Positions 56,247-64,000 of a stretch of DNA of 64,000 bases are shown here, one piece after another (position 1 is the stretch's first letter; every line of letters starts with the position of its first letter). The notes beneath the pieces are model-generated. The model did not search any database. It saw nothing but the letters and a program-made list of their open reading frames with translations, and was not told the DNA's origin. The position numbers were made by a program, and so were the translations under genes. Origin of the DNA: the human T2T-CHM13v2.0 reference genome, Homo sapiens; NCBI RefSeq assembly GCF_009914755.1, contig NC_060927.1; one strand, 5' to 3'.

Positions 56247-57269
56247 TTTTACTTATTTAGTAAACTACTTTTACTTTATTTAATCTTCCTTAATTATTCA
56301 GTTCCTTAATACCTTATAAATATATAAATACATATAATAATTTATATACTTAGTGTACCTGATTTTTCTGTAGCTACTTACATTTTATGCAATAGAAGTC
56401 TGCTTGATTTTAAAGTATATAAATATGAAGTTGAAGATAATCACTCACTTATACACAATTCACCAAATATCTCACTTCTAAACTACAGAAAGAAAAACTA
56501 TGCAAAATGCTTAGCATATTTCTTATAGGTTTTTTCCACACTTATATAAATATAGATTGGTAAATGGATAAATGATGAAAAATTGATGAACAGGAAATTT
56601 AACAGAAAAGAAAAATTGGGGAAATGATCATATAGGTTAACTAATGGATTTAAATTACAAATTAATAGATACTTTTTATCTATTAGGATACAAAGCAAAT
56701 GATGAACTACTGTCCTAAGCCAACCGCATCAAGGTATGTATATGTGTTATATGGGAATTTAAAGTCATGGATAGAAATATTTGCCTGTTTGAGTAAATAT
56801 AAAGCTACTATATATAATTTTTTTGGAATAGATATTTAACAGATATAAAATTAGGTTTCCGAGGTTCATCTGTGATTATATAAATAGCAGTACTCTCACG
56901 AAACTGAACCTCCTGGCTTCTTACCATTAATACCACGTTGATGCAAAATAGATACCAAATAACAGTAAAAGTCATTCCCACAGTATATTGCTCTGTCAAG
57001 AAAATTTCGACTGCTTACATGAAAATGACATAAAATCTTTTACCAATTGATTTTTTAAAGTTGTACTTCAATGAATAGTTGTCACGACTATATTAAAAAT
57101 ACCTATGACTGTTCTATATTATTCACTGCATGAACCTGAGATTTTGTTCTGTTTTTGACAATGCTAAAAATGACATACCTACCTCTGTTAGGGAAGGGGG
57201 CAAATATTAACTATTTTTAAAGAGAATTATTTTGTGTAAACAACTCTTAGATTTATCAAGCTCAGAAAA

Positions 57270-57720
57270 GTAGTCCATCAGCCAACAGTATCTGTTGAGT
57301 TCTTACTGTGTGGTGAGCAGTTGCTAGTGCTGGGGATTCTGAAATTGATATGCATTCATACAGTCCTTATCCCAGAGGTTTCAGTATGTGGTTGGTAACC
57401 GGCAACAAGTTATTACAAATGGCATATATAGGTAAAGGAAATTCAAGATGTAATGAAGACCTATAACAAAGTAACATAACTGAGTCTGAGGGTTCAAGCC
57501 GGACTTTCCTGAGAAAGAAAAGTTTAATCTGAAATTTAAAGGATAAAATGGTATTATCCATGCAAAGAGGGGTGGTACAATCATGCCAGGCAGAGGGAGT
57601 AGCAAAATAAAATCTTGGTGATCTTGATGTAGGGAATGAGGGTGACACCCTCAAAGAACTGTGCGAAGTTCAGTGTTGAGAATAAGCAGGGCCCAAGTCT
57701 TGCAGAGTCTTGTCATCCCG
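57270..57720 (-). mobile_element. L2 3' fragment
   Basis: 'ccaacagtatctgttgagttcttactgtgtg', 'ggactttcctgagaaag', 'catgccaggcagagggagtagc'. Confidence 0.7.
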
Positions 57721-57748
57721 TAAGTACCATATCATGTACTCCCCCATC

Positions 57749-58041
57749 CAGTGCTACTCAAAGTTTGGTCACAGAACAGCACTGGATCCTGAAATATTGA
57801 TAACCAATATAAAATGAAATAAGTTCAGTCATGTGGATGAAGGCTTTAGAATCTCTTATAGCAATTCGACCCACTAATTTTATGTCCATTGAATTTAATG
57901 ACAATGAGAATTCGTATTTTGCATATCTTTGTTTTTCTCTAACATTTTCTACAGTAATTTTTCTGTATTTATCAAATTATCTGTCAACAATGCATGATTT
58001 TTTAAAATGATCTTGTATCATAATCATTTGAAAAACATTAC
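57749..58041. mobile_element. MER5C-like hAT-Charlie element
   Basis: TIR-like ends 'cagtgctactcaaagt' and 'tttgaaaaacatta'; internal 'tttagaatctcttatagcaatt'. Confidence 0.65.
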
Positions 58042-59631
58042 CCTAAAGTACCCTGATTCATTCTAGGTGACGTTGACAATGGAAATAAGCTGGACAGACA
58101 AATCATAGGTTGATAATGGTTAGTGGGAATGAAAATTCTTCTCTATAAGGTGCTCTGAAATGTATAAGACACTTTCCAGTTTATAAAATGCAAATGTATT
58201 TTTGATCCTCACACAAACTTTGTGAGGTTGCTACATTCATATGTGATCAAAGGTCACCTAGCGAATAAATGACAAATTCTACCATCTTGGCTTGTTGATG
58301 ACCAACCTTAGGGACTCATGTAGAAGACCTGTGTAGTCTGCTCATGCTCACATGCTTTTCATTTCCATTCATCTAAACTCTTCGAGACATGCTAACGAGC
58401 TGAAATTATGTGACTTTGGATGCATCTTTCCTTTTTCAAGTTGTGCATTGTCAGGGTACTAAAGATCTCAAATGTGCTATGGGGCTTCACCCCAGGAAAG
58501 GGAGAAGCAGAAAACTAAATAATCAGCACCCAGATAGAATTGACAACATAAATTTGTCTTCTCCTCCCTCTGGGGAAAAAATCCTGCAGTCTTTGATTTG
58601 TAAACAAAGCCATGTCCTTGATCAAAAACCGAAAGATCTAATTGTTAGCTATTTTAATATAGCACACCAATTATATTTCATTTCTCCAAGAATGTGAAAT
58701 TGTGGGATTTTTATTCATCTTCATCTGTACAGAAGCCCTGATGTAAATCTTTTACACATTGCTTAACAACCACAGAAATATACTTTGTATGGGCAATCCC
58801 TACAACACTTGAACTTCATCCCACAGTTAATACTGCATCTCCCTGGCATATTGTTTACAAGAATGAAAGAAAACAAGCCAATTTAGTAACAGAAACATTA
58901 TAATCCATGGAAATAAGAAAAATGAGGGGAATAGGATCCTCTTGAGACTTCAGTGTAATTAACCAATGTTTAAGATATATAAAGGCTAGTAAACTTAGAA
59001 TCCAAGCCCAATAATTTCTCCAGTTAGAAGTGCCTGCTTCTGAAGAAACTACACAACACCTAGATCTTAATGCAGTTGCTAAGAAGTCATTCAATAGAGT
59101 CGGTAGAGATGGGTTCATCTCCTGGATCTACCACTTGTTAGACATTCGATCTTGGGACAATTAGTATGTTTCTCTAAAACAGGAATAATAACAGCATCAA
59201 CCTGATATATAAATGAGGTCATGCATATAAGGCACTTATTCTACCTAATCTAACAAAGTATAACCACATTGCTGCTGTGGTTATTAGTATCTATTACTTC
59301 AGTAACTTATCACATATTTTTGTGATAAAGACATGTTTTTAATATTATTATCTCTCCAAAATCAAGATACTTCTTATAGCCAATGGCACAGCACAGTTTT
59401 TTCTGGAAACTTTTTCTATTTTAATATTACATATAATGACATATTACAACCCATGGTGTTAATATTATCATTTCTTAGAAACCACATTAAACTCATTTTA
59501 GGCTACAAGGAGACTTAATTAGAACCATTATGCAGAATATTATTAACAAAACTTCAGTTATTTAAAACTTTCATGCAATGTTTCTTAGAATTCACAGCTT
59601 GACTTTATTTTTTTTTTCCAGGAGAAAATAG

Positions 59632-59947
<316 letters not shown>

Positions 59948-59948
59948 A

Positions 59949-60207
59949 TTTTTTTTTTTTTTTTTTTACTTTAAGTTCTGGGATACATGTGCAGAGAATG
60001 CAGGTTTGTTACATAGGTATACATGTGCCATAGTGGTTTACTGCACCCACCCACCCCTCATCTAGGTTTTAAGCCCTGCATGCATTAGGTATTTGTCCTA
60101 ATGTACTCCCTCCCCTTGCTCCCACCCCCGACAGGCCTCCGTGTATGATGTTTCCCTCCCTGTGTCCATGTGTTCCCATTGTTCAATTCCCACTTATGAG
60201 TGAGAAC
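59949..60207 (-). mobile_element. Severely 5'-truncated L1PA7/8-like 3'UTR
   Basis: 'actttaagttctgggatacatgtgcag...gcattaggtatttgtcctaatg...cccacttatgagtgagaac'. Candidate TSD CACAGCTTGACTTT (59593-59606) / CACAGCTTAACTTT (60211-60224). Confidence 0.9.
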
Positions 60208-60876
60208 TAACACAGCTTAACTTTCATGTGCAACTTCTACTCTGTATCAGGGAGACAAAGGTTTATTTTCTTATCATGAATTAAACAGAGTTTGGCAAGT
60301 ATTTAATGAGTTGTGTTGCTGGATGCTATAAGAACTACAAAACATAGGACAGACTTTCCACCCTTAATGAACTTCTTAAAGGAGGCATATGTCTACATGT
60401 AACATATAAAATAGTTTCATACTTACAATAGGCACTGAATCAAGATTTGCCAAAATTAACCAAAGACAGTAAATGAAATTACATATATAGATAGACTACT
60501 TTGGAAAAATTTAAACACAGGCTCTCTATGCTCTACAGGGTCACAGAATTTTAAAGCTTGAAGAGATATTAGAAATCAGCCACTTTGTGAAGGCAAGTCA
60601 TAAGTCATCTGGTCTAGCTGCCACACTTTAAGACAGGGATCCTGAGCTCAAGATAATTTACTGAGATTCACAATGTCCTCTGACTGGGAACTGACAGATC
60701 CAGAGAGCAAAATCCATCTTCTGTCTCAGGATCCAGAATAAATACGTAATTTCCTGAGTAGCTGAGCAGAGCACGGTGGATATTAGTGTCATATGTATAT
60801 TAGGTGCCATGCTAGAGGAGGTAGAAGGAAAGGTAGTCTTTACCTGTGTGGCCATGTCTAACTAAAATTAAAGGGA

Positions 60877-61169
<293 letters not shown>

Positions 61170-61320
61170 AAATTAAAGGAAGTTTCATTACCACATGGAA
61201 AAAATCAGAAGAAAATAGTCAATGGAGAAAAATTAGGAGTTGGCCACAGAATTCTGGCTGAAAGTAAAACACGAGCGAATGTCATTAGGTGAAAGCATTT
61301 GGGAATGCTGATTTTGTATG

Positions 61321-61776
61321 ATTTACAATAGCCAAGACTTGGAACCAACCCAAATGCCCATCGACGATAGACTGGATAAAGAAAATGTGGAACATATACA
61401 ACATGGAATACTATGCAGCCATAAAAAAGAATGAGTCCATGTCCTTTGCAGGGACATGGGTGAAGCTGGAAACCATCATCCTCAGCAAAGTAACACAGGA
61501 ACAGAAAACCAAACACCGCATGTTCTCACTCATAAGTAGGAGTTAAACAATGAGAACACATGGACACAGGGAGGGGAACATCACATACTGGGGTCTGTCA
61601 GGGGCTGGGGGGAAAGGAGAGGGAGAGCATTAGGACAAATACCTAATCCATGCAGAGCTTAAAACCTAGATGATGGGTTGACAGGTACAGCAAACCACCA
61701 CGGCACATCTATACCTATGTAACAAACCTGCAGGTTCAGCACATGTATCCTAGAATATAAAGTAAAATTTTTTTTA
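61321..61776 (+). mobile_element. 5'-truncated L1PA7/8-like 3' end
   Basis: ORF2 end plus 3'UTR. 17-bp TSD AATGCTGATTTTGTATG (61304-61320) / AATGCAGATTTTATATG (61777-61793). Confidence 0.9.
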
Positions 61777-62374
61777 AATGCAGATTTTATATGCAAAAAA
61801 TTCCTGAATATTGATGATTTCATATAGTGAAACCTAATACATTGTTGCACACAGAAAAGAGTCAAGAAAACAAACTGGTTTTGTTAGCACCTCATTCCTC
61901 ATCTGACCCTGTTTACCTTTTAGTTTTGTTTGGGGTCTCTGTAGCCAGGGCAGTTAGGGACAGAACCTTAAGGAGGTGTCTCCATGAATTACTATGTAAA
62001 TTACATAGAGGAGTAAAGCCCAGACTGTCAGCCCAAAATAACAATGTGAGTTACAGAGTACCTGCATGGAACCCAACAACAGAAGGACACTCTTGGCATA
62101 GACTTAAAGGTCAACTGGCAGCACCAAGTGGCCTTGAACATGAAGTATTTTTAAATAGGAAACAGAAACAGTAGATCAGTCAAAATAAATACTAGGAGTT
62201 CCCAATATACTTACTGGGGACGTGCAAGAGGTGGAGTGTCCTTCAAGAATATGAGGGAGCAGGAGACATTGCATTGGGAATATTATTGTCATCACTAACA
62301 TATCCTTACCTACGATATTGGAATATATTCAGATTCTGTCAGTCTTACCTCCCTTTCTCTGTCTTTCTCCCTCT

Positions 62375-62408
62375 CACACACATGCACGTGCGTGCACACA
62401 CACACACA
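62375..62408. repeat. 34-bp alternating purine-pyrimidine tract
   Basis: CACACACATGCACGTGCGTGCACACACACACACA. Confidence 0.85.
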
Positions 62409-63034
62409 ATCCTACCCATACACTATATTGCCAATGGTTCTTTTTCAATGGTGGCAATATAGGTTTCAGAATTTGCTTGTCAGTCTGTTCTGTATTTTAT
62501 ATAGTAACACATGCTACTTTTAATTTTAAACTATACAAATCAAGAGGTTTTAAAGAGTTTTATCCACGATTACCGCATATTTTATGCTAATTTTTAAAAT
62601 ACAAAAGTAATATGTTAAAGACTACCTTAACATCAGAATTTCTCTTTAGATATGAATGCCACTGTATCCTGATAATACTAAACACAGTGAGGATATTACA
62701 CCTGCCTAGTACATTTATGATTTTATTGCTGATATTCATTCTCCATGCTAATCTGCAGGAAGCATTATTACTGCTGTATTTTATAAATAATGCTCTTATT
62801 TGTGGTAATGCTTAGCAGAAATGTAAGAACTTGCAAAATATTTTAGATTTTAAATTTGTCTTCTTAAATGCTGCTTTTGGTGCTTTATAAAGGTCACAAC
62901 TACATTTTAATGTTCACTACATGTAAATATGGGAAAGTGCGAGAAAGCCAATTAGATGTGTTCTGTTTTATTTACAGAGTGCTTGCAGCTCTAGTTTGCT
63001 CACTATATCAACACCTTGTCAGATAAATTATGAA

Positions 63035-63200
63035 AGTTTATTCATTCATTCAACAAATATATATAGTGAACACCTACTACAAGCAAACAATAATGGCCTT
63101 TACTGGAAACAAAATTTACATTTAAAGGTAATTCTAGCTGCACAGAACAATAAGAAGCCATATAATGTGCTAGTTAAGGGCACAGAACTCAAGTAAGTTT
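63035..63200 (-). mobile_element. L2 3' end
   Basis: 'ttattcattcattcaacaaatat...gaacacctactac'. Confidence 0.65.
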
Positions 63201-63621
63201 ACCTAGTTCCAAATATTAGTTTCATCATTTATAGGTGATTGGTGAACTTAGAAGAATTACATAATCTCTGTCTCAGGTAGTTATCAGTAAAATGAGGATA
63301 ATATTATCTACATGGTTGGGGTGTTATTTGCAATGAATGAGATCAATTATGTGTCGCATATAGAAAATGCTATGTTTTCAGTGTTTGGTTTCCCTGATAC
63401 ACTCAAATTTTTGTTGAAATTATCAGTAGACCTACTGTTTTCTCCAGAAGAAATATTGGTGATTGGATAAATGAATTTAGAAAGTCATGACATTTCAGAG
63501 CTGGAAGAGGATTTATTGATTACCTAACAACCCCATCATTGTACAAGTAAGACCACAAAAGCACAGAGATACAAAGTCAAGTAGTTGGTAAGTTTCCAAG
63601 CTTGATTAAATCCCACTTTTA

Positions 63622-63919
<298 letters not shown>

Positions 63920-64000
63920 AAATCCCACTTTTATGACTTCCTGACCAGCATTCTTAAAATAGATGCCAATTGCATGTCCACTCATTCATTCTACAAATAT

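Noticed and set aside
61827-62174. 115-aa ORF in unique sequence, and others such as 12395..12751 and 39425..39742
   Set aside because: No recognisable domain or splice context; the lengths are within chance expectation for a six-frame scan, and many begin at non-ATG codons.

Overview
AT-rich, CpG-depleted primate (most likely human or great-ape) intronic/intergenic DNA. There is no CpG island, no recognisable host protein-coding exon, no RNA gene and no prokaryotic-type system. A large part of the window is interspersed repeats: Alu (AluJ and AluS), L1 (young L1PA through ancient L1M), L2, MIR, MaLR/ERV solo LTRs (THE1D, MLT1, MLT2, MER9) and DNA-transposon relics (MER5, MER33, MER63, MADE1). 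Every ORF I can recognise is an L1 ORF1/ORF2 remnant or an Alu/L1 by-product. I did not find a new biological system. The most informative signals are footprints of DNA repair and retrotransposition: (1) a ~145-bp copy of nearby unique DNA pasted into an MLT1A0 LTR (20760-20905, donor 21278-21421); (2) a twin-primed 5'-inverted young L1 with all junction signatures visible (7093-8207); (3) a near-perfect 62-bp triplication in an ancient MLT1D (38207-38394); (4) a truncated L1 with a double poly(A), a probable mini 3' transduction and an Alu in its tail (59593-60224); (5) a head-to-head Alu pair 26 bp apart; (6) several template-switch palindromes. Subfamily names come from my recollection of consensus sequences and need RepeatMasker/Dfam confirmation. 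Boundaries of old repeats are approximate. I could not identify the genomic locus.
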